Shown here: positions 25,753 to 36,069 of the stretch, one piece after another | Layout of the letters: every line of letters begins with the position of its first letter | Numbering within the stretch: position 1 is the first letter of the stretch | From: an uncultured Rhodobacter sp. | GTDB lineage: Bacteria; Pseudomonadota; Alphaproteobacteria; Rhodobacterales; Rhodobacteraceae | Assembly (NCBI GenBank): GCA_965201085.1 | Contig: CBDAVS010000005.1 | Coordinates: 30,967 to 94,966, forward strand | Reading direction: 5' to 3' | DNA: 64,000 bases | Made by a program: the position numbers and the translations under genes | The notes under the pieces: generated by a model | Told to the model about the DNA's origin: nothing | Databases searched by the model: none | The model's input: only the letters and a program-made list of their open reading frames with translations

Positions 25753-26541
25753 GCAGTGTCTCCATCACCTGAACGTCACGGTTCCGTCAATACCGTAGCT
25801 GCGAACGGCGAAGCGCCATTATGTATATTACATCGGAACCGCCTGCTTTGGTCACCGCACATAGCCAGGCATCAACGTGATCGTGGCTTCGTGCCGTTCG
25901 AGGGAAAATAAGCCGCCGGCACATCGGATCGGACTGCTCCGGCGGCCAAGCGCATCCAGTGCCGCGTGTCCAAGGAAAAGGCCCACCCAGAACGCGATCG
26001 TTGTAACCGGGGTTTGCGCCGTCCGCAGAAGGACAGCGTCTGAACACATCGGGCGGAGGTCCAGGATCCATCGAAACCTGTGCCGGCAAGGTGTCTGGCC
26101 GACTGGCGGCATCCGCCGACGTACATCCTAAGCGTGCCTCCCGCGTTTCGCGGCAATGGGCCCTTTCCGCATCTCTCGCCTCAGCCACCGCGTCAACGGC
26201 AGTCATTGGCAGCCGAGCCAGATATGGCACCTGTGGCATCCGGGCCTTCAGCAATCGGGCAAAATCCTCTCTTCGTTCATTCGCAAAGGGTTGCTTATGG
26301 GCTCTGAATTTACGGTCGGGATAGAGCTCAATGTGCCGTCTGTCCGCAATCGCGCCATGATCGGGCATGAGAACTGGCGCCTGACGACGGCTGTTCACGC
26401 TTTCAAGGGCTGTCTTGCCTAAAGAGCTGGTTCCGTCCGTGCCATACGCCAGCCCAAAATGAGAACTGGCAGGTTTGGTCGGCCGGGTGTACGGCTTGGG
26501 ACTCATGCAGCCCTTTCCATCAAAGTCCACAGGAGTGAGCA

Positions 26542-27543
26542 TTAGTTTGATAGCGACTTTATGGACCGTCGGCTTTCACGCCTGTCATCCAGCGGTGTAT
26601 GATCGAACTCAGCCCGATATGTTCGAAAAAAATGTTCGGGCGAGCGAAAACCGCTGGCATATGCCACTTCAGTGGCCTGCAGATCGGTCTGCTGCATCAG
26701 CCTTCGACCATATTGGAGGCGAAGCCTATTATAGTAACGAACCGGTGTCATGTTGAAACATTGGCGAAACACACGGCCAAGCTGGCGCTGGGACAACCCG
26801 GCGCGTTTGGCCAATTCAGCGATCGTGAGCGGAAACTCGACATGGGTTTCCATCTCGTCGATGATCGTGTTGACAGCGGACCGCGCCACGCCGATGCGGG
26901 CGCGCTTGAGGTACGGAAAATGATTTTCGCAGGTGGGCGGCTCCCCGGCAATGAACATGTCAGCCACTTCAGAAGCCAGATCATTGCCGAAATGAACGGC
27001 TATGGCATGCAGCATCATGGTCATTGTCGCCGTGCCGCCCGCACAGGTAAACCTGTTGCGGTCAAACTCAAAAGTGTTGCGCGACAGCCGTATGTTGGGG
27101 AAGGTCTCAGCGAAACTGTCGCGGTAATTCCAGTGGATCGTCGCCGAATACCCGTCAAGCAATCCGTCCTGCGCAAGAAACAATGCGCCAGCGCCGGCGG
27201 CGCCCAAATGTGTTCCTGTGGCAACAAGCCGGCGCAGCCAGTTCGCCAACGGCTGCGGAAGTTCCATAATGGGATCAAACCCTATGAACATGAACAGGTT
27301 ATCGGATGACACAACATCGTCAATCGCCGAATCAACAGGAAACGTCATTCCATTGATCGCCGTGACCGGTCTTCCGTCATCTGAAATGAGGTGCCATTCA
27401 AACAGCGTTCTGCCGCTCGAATCGTTCGCGATACGTAACGGGTCCAGCACCGTTATGAACGGTACGATCGTGAATTTGTGCCCAATGTAGAAGTCTATTT
27501 TGATTGGCCAGCCTGCCGCTGATTCACGAAAAACAGAAGCCAT
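26542..27543 (-). CDS. GlxA-family transcriptional regulator (DJ-1/PfpI-like domain plus AraC-type HTH)
   Basis: The N-terminal part is DJ-1-like (FTIVPFITVLDPLRIAN...LGAAGAGALFLAQDGLLDG). The C-terminal part is AraC-type HTH (TIAELAKRAGLSQRQLGRVFRQCFNMTPVRYYNRLRLQYGRRLMQQTDLQATEVAYASGFRSPEHFFRTYRAEF). Confidence 0.85.
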   Translation of the reverse strand: MASVFRESAAGWPIKIDFYIGHKFTIVPFITVLDPLRIANDSSGRTLFEWHLISDDGRPVTAINGMTFPVDSAIDDVVSSDNLFMFIGFDPIMELPQPLANWLRRLVATGTHLGAAGAGALFLAQDGLLDGYSATIHWNYRDSFAETFPNIRLSRNTFEFDRNRFTCAGGTATMTMMLHAIAVHFGNDLASEVADMFIAGEPPTCENHFPYLKRARIGVARSAVNTIIDEMETHVEFPLTIAELAKRAGLSQRQLGRVFRQCFNMTPVRYYNRLRLQYGRRLMQQTDLQATEVAYASGFRSPEHFFRTYRAEFDHTPLDDRRESRRSIKSLSN

Positions 27544-27550
27544 TTGCGCC

Positions 27551-28858
27551 TTACCTGTCCAGCGTTGACGGCAGCCAAAGAACCAACTGCGGAAATACAG
27601 TGATCAGCACTGTGCCGATGATCAGCAAGAAAAAGAACGGCATGGCCGATCGCGCGATCCTGAAAACGCTCTGGCCTGTCAAGCCTTGAATGACAAACAG
27701 GTTAAATCCAAGCGGTGGTGTGATCTGCGCCGCTTCGACGACCATGATGACAAAGACGCCGAACCAAAGCAGGTCGAACCCGGCCTGAGACACCAACGGG
27801 AGAACAACCGTTGTCGTTAGCACGATCATCGAGATACCCTCAATGAAGCACCCGAGAAAGATATAAAGAATGCAAAGCGCCAGCATAAGCGTGTAGGGAT
27901 GCAGCTCCAGCCCACCTACCCAGCCTGCGACGCCTGCCGGAATGCCCAGATAGGCGAACGACGTCGTCAGAAATGCAGCGCCGGAAAGTATCAGAAAGAT
28001 CATGCAGGACAGCTGGGTCGCGCCCATCAGGCTTTCCGATACCATCCCAAGATTGAGTGTCCTCGAATATGCCGCAAGCAAGAGCGATCCCAGAACACCG
28101 CCTGCAGCGGCCTCTGTGGCCGTCGCGATACCCCCATAAATCGAACCGATGACAGCTCCGATCAGCAGCATCAACGGGAACAGCCCCTTCGATCGTTCAA
28201 GCTTTTCACGCATTGTCAATGTCTCGACCGCATTGGGTGCGACCCGTTTGGACAGCAAAGCGCGCAAAATGATGAACCCAGAAAAGAGAACGATGATCAG
28301 CAGACCGGGAACGATACCTGCCAAAAACAGCCTCACAATGGAGGTATCTGCCGCCACCCCGTAGACGATCATGATTATGGAAGGGGGAATCAGCAGTCCC
28401 AGGGTTGCCGATCCGGCCAGGCTGCCAACAGCCAGTGATCTGTCATACCCCAGCCGCTTAAGCTCCGGCAGTGACATGCGGCCGACCGTCGCGCAGGTGG
28501 CCGCCGATGATCCGCACACAGCTGCGAATATGCCACACCCCGCGACATTTACATGCAGCAGGCGTCCCGGCAGCCAGGACAGCCAAGGTGCCAGGCCTCG
28601 AAACAGCGTCTCAGAGAGTTTGGCTCTGAACAGAATTTCGCCCATCCAGATGAACAGGGGCAATGCCGCCAGAGACCAGCTGGCGTTCGTCTGCCAAATT
28701 GACGTCGCCAGTGATTTTTCGACGGGAACAGAGGTGAAAAAAGTCAACCCAATCCAGCCGACCCCCAATAGGGACAAGGCGATCCACAATCCCGAACCCA
28801 AAAACAGAAACAGGAAAAACAAGATTGTCAGCGCGACCTGAGCAGTTTCCGGCGACAT
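27551..28858 (-). CDS. dctM: TRAP transporter large permease
   Basis: From ATG 28858 it reads MSPETAQVALTILFFLFLFLGSGLWIALSLLGVGW... It is a polytopic membrane protein with typical DctM blocks (LFRGLAPWLSWLPGRLLHVNV, GSSAATCATVG, VAADTSIVRLFLAGIVPG). Confidence 0.9.
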   Translation of the reverse strand: MSPETAQVALTILFFLFLFLGSGLWIALSLLGVGWIGLTFFTSVPVEKSLATSIWQTNASWSLAALPLFIWMGEILFRAKLSETLFRGLAPWLSWLPGRLLHVNVAGCGIFAAVCGSSAATCATVGRMSLPELKRLGYDRSLAVGSLAGSATLGLLIPPSIIMIVYGVAADTSIVRLFLAGIVPGLLIIVLFSGFIILRALLSKRVAPNAVETLTMREKLERSKGLFPLMLLIGAVIGSIYGGIATATEAAAGGVLGSLLLAAYSRTLNLGMVSESLMGATQLSCMIFLILSGAAFLTTSFAYLGIPAGVAGWVGGLELHPYTLMLALCILYIFLGCFIEGISMIVLTTTVVLPLVSQAGFDLLWFGVFVIMVVEAAQITPPLGFNLFVIQGLTGQSVFRIARSAMPFFFLLIIGTVLITVFPQLVLWLPSTLDR

Positions 28859-28866
28859 GTGCCCGT

Positions 28867-29391
28867 TCAATCTTTGTCGACGTTTCCAGGCTCTTCGCCC
28901 GCTGCGGCGCACATGTAGGACGGCTCCGCTCCCATCAGCAGCGTGAATATTTCATCCAGAATGGCGATGGTCAGAATCGCGGAGCCGACGGGAATTGAAA
29001 TCTGCGGGATCCAGAGGGGAATGTTGATCAATCCCTGCGAGAGATCGTCAAAGCGAATGGAATCCAACACCATGTCGATAGAAGAATACGCAAGGTAGGC
29101 GACAAAAAACTGGGCAATACACAAAACGGTGAGCTCCATCGACCGTCTGGCGCGCCTCGCTTTATCAATGAAAAGCGTAACACGGATATGCCGGCCATTG
29201 CGGAATGTATAGGCGAGCGGCAGAAATCCAGCCGCTACGACGCTCCAGGCTATCAGATCGTCGGCACCCTTGACCTGGACACCAATTTGACGACCGACAA
29301 CCTGGGCGCATATCAAAAGGCCAATAACCACGACAAAGAACGCGCCCATCACGGCCGTCCCAATGTAGATTGCGTCAAGGAACTTTCGCAT
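28867..29391 (-). CDS. dctQ: TRAP transporter small permease
   Basis: It is a 174-aa four-TM protein located between dctP and dctM. Its start MRKFLDAIYIGTAVMGAFFVVVIGLLICAQVVGRQ is typical of DctQ. Confidence 0.85.
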   Translation of the reverse strand: MRKFLDAIYIGTAVMGAFFVVVIGLLICAQVVGRQIGVQVKGADDLIAWSVVAAGFLPLAYTFRNGRHIRVTLFIDKARRARRSMELTVLCIAQFFVAYLAYSSIDMVLDSIRFDDLSQGLINIPLWIPQISIPVGSAILTIAILDEIFTLLMGAEPSYMCAAAGEEPGNVDKD

Positions 29392-29435
29392 GTCCTGGAT
29401 GGCCCCATGGTTATCTGAACGGTCTTCAGGAGAGC

Positions 29436-30413
29436 CTATTCCGGCGACTGATACGCCTGATAGAAGGCCGCGCCATCATCGCCAGCCTTTGCAAGCCATT
29501 CTTCAACCATTGTGGCTCCAATCGCTTCAAGCTGGCCCATCAGCTCCGGCCCCGGCACAACGACATCCATGCCATTTGCGGACAGATTTGCCGTCAACTC
29601 GGCCTGAACATCGTTTGACGTAATCCAGCCGCGCGTTTCGGCCTTGGCCGCCGCCGCCAGTACCGCGTCCTGCTGCTCTTCCGACAGCCCGTTGAAGGCG
29701 TCGATGTTCATAACGACCATATTCTTGTTGTTCATGGCATTCACATCGTAATAATGTGAGGTGAAATCCCAAGCCTTTGTGTAATTGCCGGTGGCTGCGG
29801 ATGTAATCATCGCACTGACCACACCTGTAGCGAAAGCCTGTGGCACCTCGGCCGACTGCACGGTTGTCGGCACAGCGCCCATCAGCTCGGCGAAGCGGGC
29901 TGTCAAGGCATTATACGCCCGAAATTTCACGCCCTCAAAATCAGATGTCGCCGCGATGGGCTTTTGCGCGTAGAGACCTTGGCCTGGCCATGGCACTGCA
30001 AACAAGGGCATAAGGCCTCTTTGTTCAAGCCGTGCTTCAATGAATGGCAATGTCAGTTCGTATACCTGCCAGGCGGTCATCTGGCCGCGGGAAAGAAATG
30101 GAATGCCATCGACCTCAAAGAAGGGGCTTTCCTGACCATATGCGGACAGCAGGATTTCTCCGACCTGCACCTGACCCGTCTGAACGCCGCGCATGATTTC
30201 GGGCATCTTCAGCAACGACGCGCCCGTATGCAAGGTGAACGACACTTCGCCGCCCGTCATCTCTTCAACATCAGCGGCGAACCGAACGATGTTCTGGGTA
30301 TGGAAGTTCGTGTCTTGATACGCAGTCGCAACGCTGAGATTTGTGTTAGCCGCCGACACTGACGCGATGGCCGCGAAGCCGATCGCTGCTAGTAGCTTCG
30401 ATAAGGTTTTCAC
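29436..30413 (-). CDS. dctP: TRAP transporter substrate-binding protein
   Basis: The signal peptide is MKTLSKLLAAIGFAAIASVSAA. The DctP-family body includes ...LKMPEIMRGVQTGQVQVGEILLSAYG...KFRAYNALTARFAELMGAVPTTVQSAEVPQAFATGVV... Confidence 0.9.
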   Translation of the reverse strand: MKTLSKLLAAIGFAAIASVSAANTNLSVATAYQDTNFHTQNIVRFAADVEEMTGGEVSFTLHTGASLLKMPEIMRGVQTGQVQVGEILLSAYGQESPFFEVDGIPFLSRGQMTAWQVYELTLPFIEARLEQRGLMPLFAVPWPGQGLYAQKPIAATSDFEGVKFRAYNALTARFAELMGAVPTTVQSAEVPQAFATGVVSAMITSAATGNYTKAWDFTSHYYDVNAMNNKNMVVMNIDAFNGLSEEQQDAVLAAAAKAETRGWITSNDVQAELTANLSANGMDVVVPGPELMGQLEAIGATMVEEWLAKAGDDGAAFYQAYQSPE

Positions 30414-30568
30414 GGTAGTTCTCCCTTGGCTATGGTGATCGGGTGATCAGGCCAATTCCCGTGTGATGGCTCAGAACCAAGACCACCAGTGCGGGTCCGG
30501 CACTGAACGATCGGTGACAAACAGTTGCCCCATTGGCATAGTCGGGCACAGGTCTGCCTGAGTCGTGA

Positions 30569-30814
30569 TTATTTTCGACTCATAAATGATATTTTTCGAC
30601 TCAATTTAAGGCCCGTTGACATTCGCCCCGCGGCGATCACGGAGGCGGCCGCAGGAAACGTCGCCCGGAAGCCCGGCCCCGTCCCGTCACAGCGGGTGGC
30701 GACGGCCCGGAACCCCCTGATCCTCACGAAACGGTTCCCGATCCGGTGCCACCATTTATACATCCCTTCGTCGTGCCCGCGCACCCCCTTCCGGTTCCCG
30801 CGGGAGGGAATCAC
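30569..30814 (-). pseudogene. IS5-family transposase C-terminal fragment
   Basis: ...MYKWWHRIGNRFVRIRGFRAVATRCDGTGPGFRATF matches the YKxRxxIExxFxxLKxFRxIATRYDK tail of IS5/IS427-group transposases. The GC-rich debris up to about 31.3 kb may be the rest of the element. Confidence 0.5.
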
Positions 30815-31749
30815 CGCCTCCGCCCCGCGCCCGCCGGGTTTCCCGACGGGCCGGTCCGCTTCAAAGTTTCACCTATGAACAAAGCAGGAGCATCGTGCTG
30901 TGTCCTGCGACAGCGCAATGCGCGCGGCCAGTTCAGCCTTCCCCTGCCTTGCGGGTGCCTTAACTTGACATGGAGGGAGCCGGTCACGGCCTAGCGCCGG
31001 ACGGAAGCCGCGCGCCGCTATTTCAGCCTTGCCCGTAGACAGCGGCTGGAGCCGATGACCGGGTGCCGGATGCGGCAGCGGTGCGCGACGGCCAGCAAGA
31101 CGTCGCGCCGGTTCCGAGCCTGCGCTGCCGGACGCTGGATTCATGGAGCCGGTGGGCAGCCGGCAAGGTCGAGACCTAGCCGGGCGACAGCCTGCCGAGG
31201 CGGCTTTTGCTGAACGGGACCCGAAAACTCTGGGAGGGCGCTGGCTCCCGAACCATTCGACCGTGTCGAAGGGATCCTGTCCTAGACCGAAGATCATGGC
31301 TCCTGATTCGCATGGATTCATCACGCAATTAAATGTGCGGCATTGATAGGGCCCAGCCGGGCTGACTTCGCAACGATGCCGGTGCCGCGGCGGATGACGG
31401 AACGGGTCGCGGGCCGCGGGCCGCGGGAGCGGCGCGTTTGACTGCCAGTGGATCCGGCAGTTCCTGCCGTACGGGCTCCGGGACGCCTTCCGCCCCGGTG
31501 GCGCCGTGGGCCCCTGCTCCCGTATGTCCGCCAAGCCGAACGCATTGCGGAGGACCGTTCGCGGCGCCCGCCGCGCCCTGCCCATCAGTCAAATTTTCTC
31601 TGAACATAAGATTCCGAGTCTGCTGCAGGAGCTCATGGAAGAGCGGATCACCATTCGCCCCGCGCCTTTTTCCGACGCTGGACTTGAGAGGCTGAGGGCA
31701 TTCGGGCATCAAGAGGCCTTCGCCGGGTGCGCGGCGTACACCAGCGCGG

Positions 31750-32269
31750 TCTGCTCGGACTTCGGATTCCGAGGCCTAGGAGGCGAGCTGCGGGAGTACG
31801 GACGCATCGATGGCCTCCGCTACGCCATAGTCATCGTGATGACCGATACGGACGTCGACGGCGCCCATATCGCTTCGCTGCTCATGACTTTTTTCTTCGT
31901 CCAGATGCGCCCGATGATCGATGCCGGACATCTGTTCCTGGGCTGTCCGCCGCTCTACCGGCTTACCCAGGGCGCCAAGAGGGTCTACTGCCTTGACGGG
32001 GAGGAACGGGACGCCTAGCTGGAAAGGGTCTTGGCGGGAAGGGCAGGATCGACGTCAGCCGTTTCGAGGGGCTCGGGGAAATGGAAGCCAAGGACCTCAA
32101 GGACACCACGATGAACCCCGCCACCCGCAGGCTCATTCGGGTCTCCATCGACGAGGATTCACCGGGCGAGACCTGAGACCTCGTCGAACGCCTCATGGGG
32201 AAGAGGCCGGAGCTCAGGTTTCAGTACATCCAGCGGAACGCGCGCTTCGCGGAGGGGCTCGACCTCTGA
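31750..32269 (+). pseudogene. parE: 3' fragment of a second, diverged parE copy
   Basis: ...[72 protein letters not shown] aligns to ParE residues from about 500 onward. It has TGG->TAG and a 1-nt deletion near 32015-32030, after which the homologous tail (...LKDTTMNP...RFQYIQRNARFAEGLDL*) lies in other frames. Positions 31857-31933 are identical to 37618-37694. Confidence 0.85.
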
Positions 32270-32612
32270 GCGAGACCGGCTGTCCGTGGGCCGGACGGCT
32301 TTCAGCGCACCGGAACCGCCGCAGCGACAGGAACGCCACCGGCGGTATGCCGAAAACACCAGCGTGGACTGTCCGGCGGAACGAGCTTCACCGTTTTCAG
32401 GTACCGAAGAGCGGCGGGGTCTTGATGGGCGGGCCTGACATGGGCGCAAAGGGAAGAACCGTCCTTTCGGTCACGTCGCCGAATCACCTGGAGCGCATAG
32501 CGCATCGGGAACCAGCCGGACCGCCTCCGAAATAAGCACGGCGCGCGGGCATCCCGCTCCACCTCGGCTCAATCCTCTCTGCCTGACAGGCGCCCGTCGT
32601 GACCGGGTTGGC

Positions 32613-32792
32613 ATGGCCGATGGTCGTGCAACGCCCGAGAAAGCCTATGATTTCTTCACCCCTTTGGCACTGAGCGAGGAGAACCATCAAAAGGCGTTGG
32701 CCAACGGTTTCCCGAAAGACATTCAGGTCTACTACGTGGATCAAGCTTTGGAGATCGCCGAAAAAGGCTTCCGCCATCGTGGGAAACGATGA
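32613..32792 (+). CDS. Hypothetical 59-aa protein, start-stop coupled (ATGA) to the following desaturase gene
   Basis: My translation is MADGRATPEKAYDFFTPLALSEENHQKALANGFPKDIQVYYVDQALEIAEKGFRHRGKR*. It is below the ORF-track size cutoff. I recognise no family. Confidence 0.3.
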   Translation: MADGRATPEKAYDFFTPLALSEENHQKALANGFPKDIQVYYVDQALEIAEKGFRHRGKR

Positions 32793-32939
32793 AGACGCTA
32801 CAGGCTGATTGGATCGCCTTCATCCTGGCGCGTAATATCGCGCTGTTGATCCTGGTCGCCGGCGGCCTTCACCTTTGGCGCTGGCGCTGGCAAGGGCGTC
32901 TCTGCGAATATAATGGTGGCTGGCAAGACAGGAATGATG

Positions 32940-34333
32940 GAGTTATGCCCGAAAGTTGGTGACGGCCCCTGAGGGGCGGCATATCATGGCGGTGAAACAA
33001 ACGCCGTCAGTTCCCGAAGGGAAAGGGATATGCCACAAGACCGAATCTACAGTGATCCAGTCCGGGCGTCCATCGGGGTTTTCGCCTGATCCGCTCACGG
33101 AGGTGATCAGGTCCGGGACCCGCGGGCTTCTGGCCTCGGCGGTCCAGGCCGAGGTCGCGGACTTCCTGGCCCGTCACGAACATCTCGCTGACGAAGGGGG
33201 GGGCGCAGGCGCGTGGTGCGCCACGGGACCCTGCCGGAGCGGGAGGTGATGACGGGGACCGGCCGGGTGCCCGTTGAGGTTCCCCGCGTCCGCGACCGAA
33301 AGGCGGGCGTGGCCCGTGAGGACCGGATCAGGCTGCGTTCCTCGACCGTGCCGCCCTATCTCCGGAAACCGAGGCCTGTCGGGGATCCCCTGCCCCGGCC
33401 CTATCCCAGGGGCATCTCGACGGGCGACTTCGGCGAGGCGCCCGCGGCTTTGCCGGGGCCGGACGCGGAGGGGCTGTCCCCCTCCACGGTGACGGGGCTG
33501 AAGGCCACATGGAAGGACGAATGCGAGACCTGGCGAAAAAGGGATCTCAGCGGCCGGCGCTTCGTCCACGTCTGGGCGGACGGGGGCTGCTTCACGCCCC
33601 GGCTGGACAGCGACCGCCGGTGCATGCGGGTGGTGATCGGGGCCGATGAGTATGGTGAGAAGGACGTTCTGGCCGTCATGGACGGGTTTCGCGGGAACGC
33701 CGACAGCTGGCGCGACCTTCTCCGCGACCTCAGGGACCGTGGCCTGGAGGAGCCGCCGGAGCTCGCCGTCGGCGACGGCGCGCCCGGATTCCGGACAGCT
33801 CTGCGGGACGTGTGCCCGAAGACGCGGGAGCGGCGCTGCTGGGTGCATAGGACCTCCAACGTCACCGGGGCCCTGCCCAGGCCGCCCAGGGAACGGGCGA
33901 AGTCCGATCTTCATGAAATATGGATGGCGGAGACGAAGAGGGAGGCTGAGGCGGCCTTCGGCCGCTTCGTGAAAAACCACCGCGTGAAATACGAACGGGC
34001 GGTGGCGAAGCCTGGGAAGGATCGCGACGGACCTCTCGCCTTCCACCACTTCCCCGCGGAGCACTGCAGGCACATAAGGACCACGAACCCCGTCGAGAGC
34101 GTGTTCGCCACGGTCCGTAACCGGACCCGCAGGACCAGGGGCTGCCTGAGCGGAAAGACCGCGCTTTCGATGGTCTACCGCCTCATGATGTCCGCGAAGG
34201 GCAACTGGCGCAGGCTCCCGGCGCCGAACAGGTTTCCGGAGGTCTTCCGGGGGGGTGTGTTCAGCGACGGGATCATACAGGAGAGCGCTGCCGCCTGATC
34301 AGACGGACCGTCACCAACTTTCGAGCATAACTC
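32940..34333 (+). mobile_element. IS256-family element, copy A (1394 bp), with 26-bp inverted repeats and an intact 8-bp target duplication GAATGATG
   Basis: The left inverted repeat is gagttatgcccgaaagttggtgacgg. The reverse complement of the right inverted repeat is gagttatgctcgaaagttggtgacgg. The duplication occurs at 32932-32939 and 34334-34341. Confidence 0.9.
32956..34298 (+). CDS. IS256-family transposase in two frames; a -1 shift is needed at the G8 run 33196-33203
   Basis: The N-terminal frame reads MAVKQTPS...VADFLARHEHLADEGGG. The main frame reads (G)RRRVVRHGTLPEREVMTGTGRVPVEVPRVRDR...LYxxGISTGDF-like PRGISTGDF...WADGGCF...GDGAPGF...RCWVHRTSNV...RTTNPVESVFATVRNRTRRTRG. Confidence 0.85.
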
Positions 34334-34999
34334 GAATGATGACACGTTCATGTTCAACAACCAGGTTTGGGACAGAATCTTTTGGTCGATTGTGTCAGGC
34401 TGCACGATATGGACCACCTACGAAGTCATGCTGTGGTGGGCATACGCCAATGACTGACTGCCCTACTCCGCCATCCCGATCTGGTTTGTGTCCTGGATGC
34501 TGCTGATGCCGACCCGGCGACCCTTCCACTTCCACTGGATTCATCGGCTGATGCACCTGGAAACCGCTCTACAGGGCATGCCACTACATCCACCACAAGA
34601 ACGTCAACACCGGTCCATGGTCCGGAATGTCGATGCAACCGCTGGAGCACAGTTTCTATTTCAGCGTCATGCTGATCCACCTAATCGTGCCCAGCCATCC
34701 CTTCGTGATGCTGTTCAACGCGCTGCGCACCGGCCTGACCCCGGCGCGGGGTCATTCAGGTTTCGATGAGACCGTCTGGGTAGAAGAGCATGCCTGGGAG
34801 AATGAGCAGATCATGCACCACATGCATCATCGCTATCACACGTTGAATTACGTCGAGAGCATCATTCCGCTCGACAAGTGGTTCGGGACATTCCATGACG
34901 CCACGCCCGAGGCGGATTCCGAGTTCCGTGGGGCCAAACCGCGGACCCAAGGCCAGCCGGACGGCTGGTTCCAGGCGATGTAGCGCCAAGGCAGTCCAA

Positions 35000-35340
35000 T
35001 TCAACCGAGCCAGAACGGAGGCCAACCCTGGCAGGGAGAAAATTTGTCTGCAACGTCGAAGATGTCGAGGCTGAAGACGTCATGCGGTTTGACGATGGTG
35101 AAAATGCCTATGCAATCATTTCGGTTCCCGGTGGGAAGGTATTTCGCGACGGATGGCCATTGCACCCACGAAGAGGCGCATTTGGCTGACGGCTTGGTCG
35201 ACGAATACGAAATCGAATGCCCGCGCCATTCGGGAAACTTCGACTACCGCACTGGAATGGCCACCGTCGCACCCGCATGCGAGACTTTGAAAACGCATCC
35301 GGTCGAAGTGGACGACGGCAAGGTTTATCTGTTGGCTTAG
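35000..35340 (+). pseudogene. Rieske [2Fe-2S] ferredoxin-like gene (MocE-like) with a frameshift near 35130
   Basis: Frame 1 reads ...WQGEKFVCNVEDVEAEDVMRFDDGENAYAIIS. The frame of ORF 35044-35340 reads ...GRYFATDGHCTHEEAHLADGLVDEYEIECPRHSGNFDYRTGMATVAPACETLKTHPVEVDDGKVYLLA*, containing the CxH...CxxH Rieske ligands. There is no convincing start codon. Confidence 0.65.
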
Positions 35341-36069
35341 GGCAATCGCATATGAAGTTCTCGGCTGGATGCCAGCGTTCAGGGATTCGTCCCGCATTGC
35401 TCCAGCCCGTTCGCAGCACGAACCAGCCTGCGGACCGCCAGCCTTTCCACGAGTCCAAGGAACAGCGCAATCGTCCTCGGCTCTCCGTTCTTGAGTGCCA
35501 CGATCTGGGGGCGTTCGTGGCTGTCCGGAGAAGCGCCAAGCCCTAGCGACGTTCGCTGCGTCGCCTTCCACTACCGCACACGGCTTGCGATCCAGGTGTT
35601 TCGCTGGGGCTGGGGCTGGGGCTGCGGCTGAGACATGAGCGCAGCAGACAGGTTCGACGCCGTCGAGGTGGTCTTCAATGCTTTTGGCGATCCGGAAAAA
35701 TCGCCGATCGGGTCGGCGTAGTGGAGCTGTACAGCCCTTCCGCCAGCAACTTTTTAACCGCACGTTACAAACAGACGAAACAGGAATGACGTCTCAATCA
35801 GTAGCCTCTTTCCAATCCGTAGGGAATCAGATGATCAATTCTTCGCAGGATCGCCACCCTCCTGAAAGCCGCTCTTCCCAGCTTCAGGAAGGAAGCTATA
35901 TGTGGCGCGGCGAACAGCGATGTACCGCTGCCCCTGCTGCCACACCTTGCATAACTGCGCTTCCTAAGTAGCGTATGTGGTTGCTCTGCATAGAGCGGAT
36001 AGAAAAATCTCTTTCATTCCACACCAATCATCTGCATTATGACCAAAACAAGCGAGCAGAGTTGATTAC

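Larger units (their letters stand above)
32789..34983 (+). pseudogene. Fatty-acid hydroxylase/sterol desaturase superfamily gene, interrupted by IS256 copy A and further frameshifted
   Basis: MKTLQADWIAFILARNIALLILVAGGLHLW...GGWQDRNDG runs up to the IS at 32940. Removing the IS and one 8-bp duplication restores ...DRNDDTFMFNNQVWDRIFWSIVSGCTIW... Downstream pieces carry the His boxes (HFHWIHRLMH, HHKNV, HHMHHRYH) but lie in three frames. Confidence 0.75.
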
